Numbered from the stretch's first letter, positions 1-10,598 are shown. The stretch is DNA of 64,000 nucleotides from an uncultured delta proteobacterium (GCA_963733195.1 CAVTCR010000006.1:39947-103946), one strand, 5' to 3'. The notes: a model not told the origin generated them from the sequence alone. A program made the numbers and translations.

Positions 1-2866
1 ATCGGCATTCACACTGGCTTAGTCGTCATCGGCGAAATTGGCAGCAGCGAGAAGCGCGAGATGCTGGCGCTGGGCGAGACGCCCAACATTGCCGCCCGCG
101 TGCAGGGAGTGGCCGAGCCCGACACGGTGGTCATGAGTGCGGTGACGCAGCGGCTAGTGCACGGCTTATTCGAGTGTCAGGACCTGGGACCCCAAACACT
201 CAAAGGCATTTCCACTCCTCTGTCGCTGTATCGAGTCATCGGAGAGAGTGCGGCGCAGAGCCGCTTTGAGGTGGCTGTCGGTGCTGGCTTAACCCCGCTG
301 GTCGGGCGCGAGGAAGAACTGGGATTATTGCAGCGACGCTGGACGCAGGCCAAAGAAGGTGCTGGTCAGGTGGTGCTGCTCAGCGGTGAGGCCGGGATTG
401 GCAAATCCCGCCTGGTGCAAGCGCTCAAAGAGCAGGTCCTGGCTGAGGGAGCTACTCGCATCGAGTTTCGCTGCTCGCCTTATCACCAAAACAGCGCCTT
501 CTATCCCATCATTGACCACCTGCAGCGGCTCTTGCAGTTTGCTCACAATGAGACGCCGCAAGCCAAACTCGCCAAACTCCAACAGGCGCTCACGGCCTAT
601 CGCTTCCCGCAAGCCGATACCTTGCCGCTATTAGCGACCTTGCTCTCGTTGCCCCAGCCTGAAGGTATGCCACCGCTGACGCTGAGTCCGCAGAAGCAGA
701 AGCAGAAGACCCAAGAAGCGTTGGTGGCGTGGATCATCGAGGAGGCCGAGAAAGCTGCCGTGTACTGTGCCTGGGAAGATCTGCATTGGGCTGATCCTTC
801 CACACTAGAGGTGCTCACTCTCTTCCTGGAGCAAATTCCGACCACACGAGTGTTCTCCGTGCTGACCTTTCGGCCTGATTTCACGCCGCCGTGGAGTCCG
901 CGCTCCTACCTCACCCAGCTCACACTCAGTCGCTTAGGACGACCGCATGTCGAGTCGATGGTAGAGAAAGTCACAGGCGGTAAAGCTCTGCCGTTGGAAG
1001 TGTTGCAACAGATTGTCAGTAAGACTGACGGTGTGCCGCTGTTTGTCGAAGAGCTGACCAAGATGGTGCTGGAGTCGGGGCTACTCATAGAAGCAGATGG
1101 TCACTATGAGTTACGGTGGCCCACTCCCTCCCCTGGCGATTCCCAGCACTCTTACAGGACTCTTTGATGGCGCGGCTCGATCGGCTTGGCGCCGGTTCAG
1201 AGAGATTGCCCAGTTGGGGGCTACGCTGGGCCGAGAGTTTAGCTACGAACTGATCCACGCCGTCTCCCCGTTAGACGAGGCACACTTCAGCAGGGGCTGC
1301 ACCAGTTAGTCGAGGCCGAGCTGATCTACCAGCGCGGGCTGCCGCCACAGGCCACCTATCTCTTCAAGCATGCCCTGATTCAGGACACGGCCTATCAGTC
1401 GTTACTGAAGAGCAAACGTCAGCAGCTGCATCAGCAGATTGCCCAGGTGTTGGCGGAGCGATTTCCTGAGACGGTCGAGACCCAGCCTGAACTGCTGGCC
1501 CATCACTACACCGAGGCGGGTCTCATAGAGCAGGCTATTCCCTACTGGCAGCAGGCAGGACAGCGAGCCAGTCAGCGCTCGGCCCATGTGGAAGCGGTCA
1601 GCTCACCTCACCAAAGGGTTGGAGTTGCTCAAGACCCTGCCGGACACTCCCGAGCGCACCCAGCAAGAACTCACCTTGCAGCTCGCCCTGGGTGCTGCCC
1701 TGATCGCTGTCAAGGGCTATGCGGCCCCGGAAGTGGAAAAAACGCTACACTCGGGCCCGGGAACTGTGCCAGCAGTTGGGGGAGACTCCCCAGCTCTTCC
1801 CGGTGCTGTGTGGACTGGTGTTGATTTTATTTAATCCGGGCGGAGTTACAGACGGCCCGTGAGCTGGCGGAGCAGATGCTGCATCTGGCCCAGAGCGTCC
1901 AAGACCCGCTATCTCCTCTCGGTAGCTCAGCGAGACTCGGGTTCACATTGTACTTGCTTGGGCGAGTTTACCTCGGCCCGGACACACTTGGAGCAGGGGA
2001 TTGCCCTGTATGACCCTCAGAAGCACCGCTCCCATCACCGTCGGTACGGACTGACCCGAGGCTGGATTGCCTTTCCTATGCAGCCTGGACTCTGTGGTAT
2101 CTTGGCTATCCGGACCAAGCCCTGACAGAGGAGCCAGGAGGCAGTGGCCTTGGCTGAAGGGTTATCTCACCCCTTTAGTCTGGCCTATGCCTTGAGCGTG
2201 GGCTGCCATGCTCCATCATTCCGCCGGGAGAGGCAGGTAGCCCAAGAGCGGGCAGAGGCGGTGATTACCCTGTCAACCGAGCAGGGGTTTCCGTACTGGT
2301 TGGCGTTGGGAACGATGAGTGCGGGGCTGGGCGCTAGCCGAGAGGACAGAGGAGAAGGGATTGCGCAGATGCGCAGGGCATGGCCCATGCGGGCGTCAAG
2401 GGCACAGGTGTCGCTGCATTCTTCTTCATCCGTGCTGGCCGAGGCGTATGGGAAAGCGGGACAGGTTGAAGAAGGGCTGAGCGTGCTGGCCGAGGCGCTC
2501 GCTTTCGTGGACAAAACTGGGGAGCGTTACTACGAGGCGGAGCTGTATCGGTTAAAAGGGGAACTTACGCTAGCAAAAGTTGTCAAGGTTCAAGTCCAGT
2601 TGTCAGTTACACCCCCGAGTCCGATCCAGAGCCCAGAGCAGAAGCGGAAGAATGTTTTCTCAAAGCCATCGAAATCTGCTCGCGCCAGCAGGCGAAGTCA
2701 CTGGAACTTCGAGCAATGATGAGTTTGGCGCGCCTGTGGCAACAACAGGGCAAGCATGATAGAAGCGCACCAGATGTTATCTGAGATCTACAACTGGTTT
2801 ACGGAAGGGTTTGACACGAAAGATTTGCAAGAGGCCAAGGCATTGTTGCAAGAGTTGAGTCATTAG
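1..2866 (+). CDS. Class III adenylate/guanylate cyclase - AAA ATPase - TPR protein (5' end outside window, several frameshifts)
   Basis: Cyclase C-terminal motifs ([17 protein letters not shown]), Walker A GEAGIGKS, Walker [20 protein letters not shown], and the family C-terminus [18 protein letters not shown] ending at TAG 2864-2866; pieces fall in several ORFs. Confidence 0.9.
2794..2866 (+). repeat. Direct repeat copy 1 (3' end of the cyclase gene)
   Basis: 2822-2857 matches 3854-3889 at 34/36 nt. Confidence 0.85.
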
Positions 2867-2882
2867 AAAAAAGGCAAATGTT

Positions 2883-3455
2883 GTGAACGGGCCGCCAACA
2901 TTTCACTGGGCGATTGAAGATGTTATGGCCGCGCATCCCAATCTGTATTTGGAACACTGTGTCGTCATGGCTGTGGCGCTGATGAGTCGGCGGATAGTTT
3001 CGCCGTGTGAGTTCGCTGTCGAATGCGAAGGATTTCTCCCCGCTGCTTTAGGTTTCGCAAACAGGTTTCTTTTGCATGTATCATGGACCGAGCAGACAGC
3101 GCTTAAAGCCCAACGGGTATGGCAAACCGAGCAGCCCAAGTCCATTATCGAGCGAGCTGCTGTGGCGCTGGCTGCTCTGTTGTTTGCTAAGCTCATTCCG
3201 CATGGTCAGATGCGCGTGACCCGCGCAGGTGAGCGCGCTGACTATTGGCTGCCACACTTGCAGTGTGCCTTGGAGGTGAGCGGAACGGAACGTTTCCGTG
3301 AGCTACCGCGTCGTCAGCGAGAGAAAGCCTTGCAAGTATTGAGCAACCCTCTGCGCTGGCATGGATATGTCGTTGTGTGTTGTTTTGCTGTGTCGAAGAA
3401 ATTGATTCGGTGGTCGTATCATCCCCAGGAGGAACAAAAATATGGGTCGTCCTAA
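2883..3455 (+). CDS. Hypothetical protein, possible PD-(D/E)xK-like nuclease
   Basis: 190-aa ORF with E...GERADYWL...LEVSG motif resembling restriction-endonuclease-fold active sites; overlaps the next gene. Confidence 0.6.
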   Translation: MNGPPTFHWAIEDVMAAHPNLYLEHCVVMAVALMSRRIVSPCEFAVECEGFLPAALGFANRFLLHVSWTEQTALKAQRVWQTEQPKSIIERAAVALAALLFAKLIPHGQMRVTRAGERADYWLPHLQCALEVSGTERFRELPRRQREKALQVLSNPLRWHGYVVVCCFAVSKKLIRWSYHPQEEQKYGSS

Positions 3456-3837
3456 AGAGAAGCCGTCTACGGCTCTTGTGGAGAAACTCTTGGGAGAGGC
3501 CTCGTGGCTCCTGTCCCACGCGGAAGCCCTGACCGATTACGGGCGCACGCAAGAAGCCGCCGCTGAACTGGCGCGAGCTGCCAGTTGTGAGGAACAAGTG
3601 GCGTGCTTACTCGATGCTGTTGGTCGCGAGCAAGAGGCCGTCGTGCACCGTGTGAGCGCGGCTTCTTGTCACGAACATCTCGGACAGTACGCGCGGGCGG
3701 TCACCCTGCTCCGCGCGGCATTATCCGAATCGCTTTCAGACGATTATCGGCGGCAGATCGAACAGCAACTTGTTCGTTGCCTCACCCAAGTACCTAAGGA
3801 AACGCGTCAATTGTCACCTGTAAGGCTGGTTCCCTGA
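3442..3837 (+). CDS. Small helical TPR-like hypothetical protein
   Basis: 131 aa, AGGAGG RBS, Ala-rich helical repeats (AASCEEQVA / AASCHEHLG), 14-bp overlap with the upstream gene. Confidence 0.65.
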   Translation: MGRPKEKPSTALVEKLLGEASWLLSHAEALTDYGRTQEAAAELARAASCEEQVACLLDAVGREQEAVVHRVSAASCHEHLGQYARAVTLLRAALSESLSDDYRRQIEQQLVRCLTQVPKETRQLSPVRLVP

Positions 3838-3895
3838 AAGTTTCGACATAAAGGATTTGCAAGAGGCCAGGGCATTGTTGCAAGAATTGGCCTAG
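3826..3895 (+). repeat. Direct repeat copy 2: degenerate remnant of a cyclase-gene 3' end
   Basis: Translates as WFPESFDIKDLQEARALLQELA*, matching the cyclase C-terminus. Confidence 0.85.
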
Positions 3896-3964
3896 AACAG
3901 GAAGTGACGGCTACGACTGCTATAAGGAACCTAAATGAGATGTGTCAGAAAGACACCATGTTCG

Positions 3965-4080
3965 CCCTTCGACTTCCCCTTCGATCCTTCGACAAGCTCA
4001 GGACTCAGGGTACGCTCAGGACGAGCGGTTTTGAGGATCCATTTGTACTGAGCCCTTCGACGAGCTCACGGCGAAAGGGC
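3965..4080. repeat. REP-like palindromic element (CCTTCGAC..GCTCAGG family), nested copies
   Basis: Repeated CCTTCGA and CTCAGG units; related copy at 37967-38043. Confidence 0.7.
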
Positions 4081-4207
4081 ATAGCCATAGCAAGACGAAG
4101 CATACAATCCCGCAGTCGTGAAGTCGAGGCTAATACGTCCGGTTGTCAATTACTCGAATTCGGGATATTCTTTTCATGATGCCTAATGCTGACTACTGGC
4201 TACTATT

Positions 4208-5233
4208 ATGGACTTTCGCGCTATCACCCTACAGCTTGATGACATCAACGAAGTCGCGCGTCTCGCCAAGATGGCAGAAGATGCGAACTTCGGCTTGGCG
4301 TGGGGCATCGATACCCCACGCTCAAATGCGTTTATTCACATGGCGGCGATGGCTGCGAACACCAAGAAGATACAGATTGGCTCTGGGATTGCTCGCGCTT
4401 TCGTGCGCGGACCGCTGCAAACAGCGGCCTCTGCTGTTGATCTTGATCGATTGTCGAATGGACGCATGTTACTGGGGTTAGGGAGCGGCACGCGCAAGCA
4501 GAATCTGTATGAACTCGGAGTTCCATTTGATCATCCGGCATCGCAGATCAAAGAACTGATCCAGATTATCCGCCAAGTGTGGGCACTCAACGGGGAAGGG
4601 GATCTCAACTTCCAAGGGAAATTCTACCGCCTCACTGCGCGTGGATTTACCTTGACTAAACCTCTGCGTCAGGGTCTGCCGATTTATATGGCAGCGGTGA
4701 ATCCGATCATGTTGCGGGTGGCTGGAGAAGTTGCCGATGGACTGGCCGGACATCCATGCTACTCCGCGCGCTATATGAAAGAAGTTGGCATTCCGCAGCT
4801 AGCGATTGGCTGGCAACGAGCAGGGAAGAACCGCAAAGATTTCAAGATCACTAGTTGGTTGATTACCAACATTGCTAAAGACCGTAAGCAAGCACGACGT
4901 GAGGCAGCGTATCAGATCGGCTTTTATCTCTCGACACGTTCATATGGTGGTATCCTCGATTATCATGGCTGGCAAAAGGAGAAAGACGCCATTCGTATCG
5001 CCTTCTTTGAAAAGCGGGACATGGAGGCGGTAGCTGACGCCGTGTCGGATGATATGGTCGATCATCTTGCGATCGCTGGCACTCCAGATGATTGCCGGAA
5101 ACAGCTAGAACGCTACCGTGACGTGCTGGATTTCCCAACGCTCTATACTGCAGGTGTCGGTCCAGCGCGTACAGTACCGCAAGAGCGGGTGCGCGAGAAT
5201 TTGGCAACGATCATTGATACATTTGCGCAGTAG
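4208..5233 (+). CDS. LLM-class flavin/F420-dependent oxidoreductase
   Basis: Luciferase-like motifs (T..IQIGSGI, LSNGRMLLGLGSG, PIYMAA, AGEVADG). Confidence 0.9.
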   Translation: MDFRAITLQLDDINEVARLAKMAEDANFGLAWGIDTPRSNAFIHMAAMAANTKKIQIGSGIARAFVRGPLQTAASAVDLDRLSNGRMLLGLGSGTRKQNLYELGVPFDHPASQIKELIQIIRQVWALNGEGDLNFQGKFYRLTARGFTLTKPLRQGLPIYMAAVNPIMLRVAGEVADGLAGHPCYSARYMKEVGIPQLAIGWQRAGKNRKDFKITSWLITNIAKDRKQARREAAYQIGFYLSTRSYGGILDYHGWQKEKDAIRIAFFEKRDMEAVADAVSDDMVDHLAIAGTPDDCRKQLERYRDVLDFPTLYTAGVGPARTVPQERVRENLATIIDTFAQ

Positions 5234-5241
5234 GAGGGACC

Positions 5242-6798
5242 GTGCCTTTTCTTGATGGACCGATTCCCGAACAACTGAACATCACTGCCTATCTTGTCGA
5301 CCGCCAAGTTGAGTTAGGGCGTGGCGAGCAGGTGGCGTATCTCACTGACGATGGGCCGCTAACGTATGCGGATCTCGCAGTCTTACAGAATCGCTACGGA
5401 AACCTACTGGCGGCGGGTGGTGTGGAAATCGAGAATCGCGTGGCAATGATCCTGTATGATTCGCCAGATCTTATTGCTGGGTTTCTCGGTGCGGTAAAAA
5501 TTGGGGCGGTGCCGGTTGTTCTCAATCCGTATGCACCTCTCGATCTCTATGTGTATTTTCTCAATGATAGCCGGGCAAAAACACTGATCGTCGAAGATGC
5601 AGTTTGGCAGCACTTAGCAGCGAGACGTGAAGAGTGTCCGGCGCTGAAGAATGTGCTTGTTCGTGGTGAGAAGAAAAATCGGGCCACTGGGCTTGTGTCT
5701 CGCCTCAAAAAAGTATCACCAGAGTTGGCGGCTGCCCCAACTCACAAAGACGATATGTGTTACTGGTTGTACACCTCGGGCAGTACAGGCTTGCCGAAGG
5801 CCGTGGTGCACCTTCATCATGGTCCATATTCATGTCTTCAGTTTGCTATCGACTTGTGTCAAATGGATGAACGTTCTGTCTCGTTTTGTTTTAGCAAGGT
5901 CTTCTTTGCTCTCGGATTATTTGTGACGGTTTTCCAGCCATTAGCAGCTGGAGCCACAGCCGTCATTACCCACAAGCGCCTTACGCCAGTCGAAACCTTT
6001 GCTGCCTTGCATGAGCATCGCCCGTCGCATTTTTACTGTGTGCCAACGTTCCTCAACGCCATGCTGCAAGTGCCAGAAGAGGAAAGTGGCAAGGACTTAA
6101 GCTTCCTCCGCTACTGTGCGTGTGGTGGTGAAGTGTTGCCACCACGTGTTCATCAGGAGTGGCGTGAACGCTTTGGGATTGAGTGGCTCGATGTTATGGG
6201 ACTGACCGAGACGATGTTTATCGTCTTTGCCAATCGCTCTGGTCATTCTCGGCCAGGAAGCTCTGGTCAACTTCGAAATGGAGCAGAAGCACGGATCATT
6301 GATGATAATGGGCAGAATGTTCCGGTTGGCCAAGAAGGCCACTTACTCATCAAAGTCGACAGTATCATGCAAGGATATTGGCATAAGCAAGAGAAGACCC
6401 GCGCGGTGCTTGAAGGTGAGTGGTTCCGCACAGGAGATCTCTATCGTTGCGATGAAGACGGATATTTCTGGTTTTGTGGACGCGCTGATGACATGCTGAA
6501 AGTATCGGGCATGTGGGTCTCGCCGCTAGAAATCGAAACTGTTTTGATGGAACATGCTGCTGTGTATGAATGTGCAGTTGTAGCGCGGCGCGACAACGAT
6601 GGACTCGACAAAGCTCGAGCGGTGGTGGTGTTGAAGCCCGGACATGATGAGAGAACCCTGCCTGAGATCGAAGACCTTATACGCGGAAAGCTGCCACGCT
6701 ACAAAGTCCCGCAGTGGATCGAACTGGCTGATGCGTTGCCTAAAACCGCGACTGGAAAGATTCAACGCTTTGCCTTACGGCAAGCGGACAAAGGGTGA
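5242..6798 (+). CDS. Benzoate-CoA-ligase-family acyl/aryl-CoA ligase
   Basis: YTSGSTGLPK AMP-binding motif, GRADDMLKVSGMWVSP, PKTATGKIQRF. Confidence 0.9.
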   Translation: MPFLDGPIPEQLNITAYLVDRQVELGRGEQVAYLTDDGPLTYADLAVLQNRYGNLLAAGGVEIENRVAMILYDSPDLIAGFLGAVKIGAVPVVLNPYAPLDLYVYFLNDSRAKTLIVEDAVWQHLAARREECPALKNVLVRGEKKNRATGLVSRLKKVSPELAAAPTHKDDMCYWLYTSGSTGLPKAVVHLHHGPYSCLQFAIDLCQMDERSVSFCFSKVFFALGLFVTVFQPLAAGATAVITHKRLTPVETFAALHEHRPSHFYCVPTFLNAMLQVPEEESGKDLSFLRYCACGGEVLPPRVHQEWRERFGIEWLDVMGLTETMFIVFANRSGHSRPGSSGQLRNGAEARIIDDNGQNVPVGQEGHLLIKVDSIMQGYWHKQEKTRAVLEGEWFRTGDLYRCDEDGYFWFCGRADDMLKVSGMWVSPLEIETVLMEHAAVYECAVVARRDNDGLDKARAVVVLKPGHDERTLPEIEDLIRGKLPRYKVPQWIELADALPKTATGKIQRFALRQADKG

Positions 6799-6971
6799 AA
6801 CGGGGAAGGGTAAAAGGGGAAATGGGAAGAATAAAGAACGGATAAATGAATAAAAGGGGAAACGGATAAGGGAGAAGCAAGACGCGGAATACGTACCACG
6901 CAACACGTATCACGGAATATGCATCTTCCTCCTCTCCGTACGTTTTACGCACTTTGTTATAGGAGGAACAC

Positions 6972-7430
6972 ATGGCAACACGCATCGTTGAGTTCAAAGA
7001 TGTGAAGTCATTAGTTGGCAAAGAGCTGGGAGTGTCTGAGTGGCATCTCGTGACCCAAGATGAGATCAATAAATTTGCTGATGCTACCCATGATCATCAG
7101 TGGATTCACATCGACGTTGAGCGGGCGAAGAAAGAATCGCCGTTTGGCGGACCGGTTGCGCACGGTTATTACACGTTGTCTCTCGCGCCGCATTTGATGA
7201 GCCAGATCTGGGCTGTAAACGGTATCAAGATGGGCGTGAATTACGGGCTGAATAAGTTACGGTTTCCCTCGCCGGTGATGATTGGCAAACGTGTACGTGC
7301 GCGGGCGACGCTCAATAATGTGGAAGACGTGCAGGGTGGTATCCAGGTGACTGTTGGTATTGCTTTTGAAGTAGAAGGAAGTGACAAACCGGTCTGTGTC
7401 GCAGAAGGGCTTTATCGTTATTATAACTAA
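6972..7430 (+). CDS. MaoC-family dehydratase
   Basis: FADATHDHQWIHID..AHG hydratase motif, NYGLNKLRF; AGGAGG RBS. Confidence 0.9.
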   Translation: MATRIVEFKDVKSLVGKELGVSEWHLVTQDEINKFADATHDHQWIHIDVERAKKESPFGGPVAHGYYTLSLAPHLMSQIWAVNGIKMGVNYGLNKLRFPSPVMIGKRVRARATLNNVEDVQGGIQVTVGIAFEVEGSDKPVCVAEGLYRYYN

Positions 7431-8607
7431 GCGACTGCGCCAACTCTTTGCTCCTCGTCTGAGCGAGGAGGAATTCCAGGCTGCACTTGTACGTCTCCGC
7501 CAGGGGTCGCCGCCGCCAGTGATCTGGCTGTTTGGTAAAGTGCAGTCTGGTAAGACCTCGATCATCCATGCGTTGACCGGCGCCGAACGTGCGCAAATCG
7601 GTTCCGGATTTGCTCCGTGTACTCGTTGGGCGTCTCGCTACGAGTTCCCCAATAGCGAGCTTCCTCTGGCCGTCTTCCTTGATACCCGCGGCATTGGAGA
7701 AGCAGGTTACAATCCACAAGAAGACTTTGCGGCATTTCGTGACCAAGCGCACATGGTGTTAGTTGTAGTCAAAGCGATGGACATGGCGCTGGAGCAGGTG
7801 GTCTCAGCACTCGAAACCATCGTCCGGGGCAAGTCAACCTGGCCCGTCGTCGTTGCGCAGACGACGTTGCACCAAGGCTATCCACCAGAGATGCACGATC
7901 ACCCGACGCCCTATCCATTCACGGAGCAATCAATCCCGCCTCGGGTACCGAATGACCTTGCCCGCGCGTTGACGTTTCAGCGGTCATTGTTCGACCGTAT
8001 TCCGGTCAAACAGTTTGTCCCGATTGATTTTACGCTTCCTGAAGACGGCTTCACGGACCAGTTCTATGGCCGCGACGTATTACTGTCGGCGTTAGCAGAG
8101 GCACATCCGCATGCAGTGTACCAGACGCTACAACAACTGCCACACCTGACCAGAGAGCTTAAAAGTTTGCATTTCCGCCAAGCCCAACCTCACATTCTTT
8201 CTTATGCGGTGTTGGCTGGAGCAGCGGGAGCGACGCCGCTTCCTATTGCCGACCTTCCTGTCATTAGTGCTCTCCAACTTAAGATGTTACATGCAGTGGC
8301 GTCCATCTATCGCCAGCCGATGAAAGTGAAAACGTTTCTTGAGCTTGCAGGCGCGGTAGGGTTAGGGCTGATTTTTCGCCAGGGGATGCGCAGCTTACTC
8401 AAAATCATTCCCGGTTTCGGGAATGCAATCTCTGGCCTATATGCAGGAGCAACAACGTATGCGCTCGGCTGCGCACTCTGCTTCTATTACCAAGAAGTAT
8501 TCGATGGTCATTTGCCACGCGCTGAGCAAATCAAAACGTTCTATGAAGAAAAGTTTGCCGAAGGGATGAAGTTGCTGCGCAAGAAAGGTCCGAGTAACGA
8601 GGACTGA
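7381..8607 (+). CDS. P-loop GTPase with C-terminal DUF697/YcjF-like membrane domain
   Basis: G1 GKVQSGKTS, G3 DTRG, C-terminal PLPIADLP..LQLKML helices; start codon uncertain. Confidence 0.8.
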   Translation: MTNRSVSQKGFIVIITKRLRQLFAPRLSEEEFQAALVRLRQGSPPPVIWLFGKVQSGKTSIIHALTGAERAQIGSGFAPCTRWASRYEFPNSELPLAVFLDTRGIGEAGYNPQEDFAAFRDQAHMVLVVVKAMDMALEQVVSALETIVRGKSTWPVVVAQTTLHQGYPPEMHDHPTPYPFTEQSIPPRVPNDLARALTFQRSLFDRIPVKQFVPIDFTLPEDGFTDQFYGRDVLLSALAEAHPHAVYQTLQQLPHLTRELKSLHFRQAQPHILSYAVLAGAAGATPLPIADLPVISALQLKMLHAVASIYRQPMKVKTFLELAGAVGLGLIFRQGMRSLLKIIPGFGNAISGLYAGATTYALGCALCFYYQEVFDGHLPRAEQIKTFYEEKFAEGMKLLRKKGPSNED

Positions 8608-8647
8608 GGACTGAATAAGAAGAGAAGTATGGGACGAGGCAGCAAGA

Positions 8648-10219
8648 ATGAAAATACCAGCTCAGTCCTCATCGCTCATTCCTCATTACTTACGACAAGG
8701 GTGGCGTTTGTGGTTCTTAGGTTTCTTGTTAACCGTTCCGGTGTTGGCATTCGGCGTTGCTGGGACACTGTGGTTGTACGACCGAGGCTGGCTTAGGTGG
8801 GTAGGATTAGGGGCGCTATGTATCCAAGCGTTGGTACTCGTACTATTCCGACGCTGGAGTAAGGCACATGGGATAATTCTCCCGCAGCCATCAACGGAAC
8901 TACCCGCCGACCTTGCGCCTCGGGACGAAACCGCGTGGAAAATCGTTCAGGAGTATATTGAACGAATCAACTGCGGAGAACTGACCCTCACTTCAATGGA
9001 CCAGTTCTGGTCGTTGGGACAGGAGATCCTTACGCGCATTGCCGAGTTCTACCATCCGAACGACAAGGCCCCGTTGTTGGCCGTGCAAGTACCGTTATTG
9101 TTTCGTGCGATTGAAGAAACTGCCCGTGACCTTGCGACGGTAACAGCGGACGTCCCCTTTGCACATCGTGTTACGATTGGCGATGCCGTGCGGGGGTATC
9201 GGCTACAACAGAAAGTGAAGCCTGCTTACGATGTCTACCGTATATTGTATCCAGTACTGAACTGGAAGAATGCTTTGTTTCAGTGGTTTGTGAATGACCG
9301 CCTGTTTGATCTCACTAAAATGACACTGAGTCAGTGGATACTCAAGTGGTATGTTGATCGGGTTGGCTATCACGCCATCGAACTCTACAGCGGCAAGTTA
9401 CTCGTCACTCGCCGTTTTGAGGGCCAGCTTCCGCTATCAGCAGAAAATGCCACTGTACTGAACGCAAAACAGAACCCATCCGAGCCACTACGGCTTTTGG
9501 TTCTTGGACAAGTGAAAGCTGGGAAATCCAGCCTGGTGAATGCGCTGTTTGGCGAGCTGCGCGCTGCGACCGATGTGGTCCCAACGACGGCCCAGGTCGC
9601 ACCTTATGTCCTGGATCGTGCTGACCTCGGAGGGAAGGTCATCATCTCAGACATGGGTGGATATGAGGACGCTACAGTACCGAAGGAGCGACTTGAAGAA
9701 GCGTTAGCAGAAGCGCAACGCTCAGATATCGTTCTCTTAGTTATTTCAGCAGTCAACGCTGCACGGGACGCGGATCAGCGTTTGCTTAGGCAGATAGATC
9801 AACACTTCGCTGCTCGACCAGAACTACGTCCGCCACTTGTGATTGTTGTGTTGTCACATATCGATCTGCTCCGCCCGGTGCGAGAGTGGGATCCACCGTA
9901 CAATGTTGTGCTTCCAGACGCGGCCAAGGCACATACAATTAGAGCGGCGATGAACGCTGTTGCCGGAGACCTTGCTATTGATTCTGAACTCGTGGTGCCG
10001 GTCTGTTTGCTACCCGAACGGGTCTACAACGTTGACGAAGCGCTTGTGCCGTTATTGGTCGAAGTGCTTCCCGACGCGAAGCGAACGTTGCTTCTCCGTA
10101 ACCTCAAGACACTTCGTGAACAAGAACAATGGTCGCTGCTTGGCCGTCAGGCCCGCGCAACTGGGCGGTTCTTGTGGCAACTGAGCGGTACGGTGTTGAA
10201 GAAATCAGTGCGGGTGTAA
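8648..10219 (+). CDS. Membrane-anchored Era-like GTPase-domain protein
   Basis: Two N-terminal TM segments, G1 GQVKAGKSS, G3 DMGG, SHID G4-like motif. Confidence 0.8.
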   Translation: MKIPAQSSSLIPHYLRQGWRLWFLGFLLTVPVLAFGVAGTLWLYDRGWLRWVGLGALCIQALVLVLFRRWSKAHGIILPQPSTELPADLAPRDETAWKIVQEYIERINCGELTLTSMDQFWSLGQEILTRIAEFYHPNDKAPLLAVQVPLLFRAIEETARDLATVTADVPFAHRVTIGDAVRGYRLQQKVKPAYDVYRILYPVLNWKNALFQWFVNDRLFDLTKMTLSQWILKWYVDRVGYHAIELYSGKLLVTRRFEGQLPLSAENATVLNAKQNPSEPLRLLVLGQVKAGKSSLVNALFGELRAATDVVPTTAQVAPYVLDRADLGGKVIISDMGGYEDATVPKERLEEALAEAQRSDIVLLVISAVNAARDADQRLLRQIDQHFAARPELRPPLVIVVLSHIDLLRPVREWDPPYNVVLPDAAKAHTIRAAMNAVAGDLAIDSELVVPVCLLPERVYNVDEALVPLLVEVLPDAKRTLLLRNLKTLREQEQWSLLGRQARATGRFLWQLSGTVLKKSVRV

Positions 10220-10222
10220 CCT

Positions 10223-10246
10223 GTAGAGTAGGCACTGCCCACCCTA
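10223..10246. repeat. GTAG-type REP-like palindrome
   Basis: GTAGAGTAGGCACTGCCCACCCTA imperfect palindrome between convergent genes. Confidence 0.5.
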
Positions 10247-10271
10247 GTGACACGTAGAAAAGAAAACGTCT

Positions 10272-10598
10272 CTAATTGTGACGAGTGCGATAAATGCTGC
10301 GGCTGGTGTGATTCAAACGATGGTAGAGGCGGGCGCGTTCGTATGATCCAATGTGACCATCGTTGTGACGGAAATTGGAACGCATCCGCGCAGAGCGGTA
10401 CTGTTGACGTTCTAGATAGCGATACTCACGTGGACCAATTTGTCCTTGTCCGACACCTTGATAAATTCGTCCCTGTTGGTGATGCATGTGCCAGCCCGCA
10501 GGATACTTCGGACCAGCGAAGCTGAACGTGGGAATGGTAAGCAAGGTCAAGGCGGTCAGGGCACTTGCCAGAATAACTAAAGTCAAACGACGCGACAT
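10272..10598 (-). CDS. Small secreted Arg/His-rich hypothetical protein
   Basis: Signal peptide, GGAGG RBS, repeated G.I...E...L units. Confidence 0.7.
   Translation of the reverse strand: MSRRLTLVILASALTALTLLTIPTFSFAGPKYPAGWHMHHQQGRIYQGVGQGQIGPREYRYLERQQYRSARMRSNFRHNDGHIGSYERARLYHRLNHTSRSIYRTRHN

Noticed and set aside
2794-3895. Repeat pair as DGR template and variable repeats
   Set aside because: Mismatches are not confined to adenines of one copy and no DGR-type RT or avd gene is nearby
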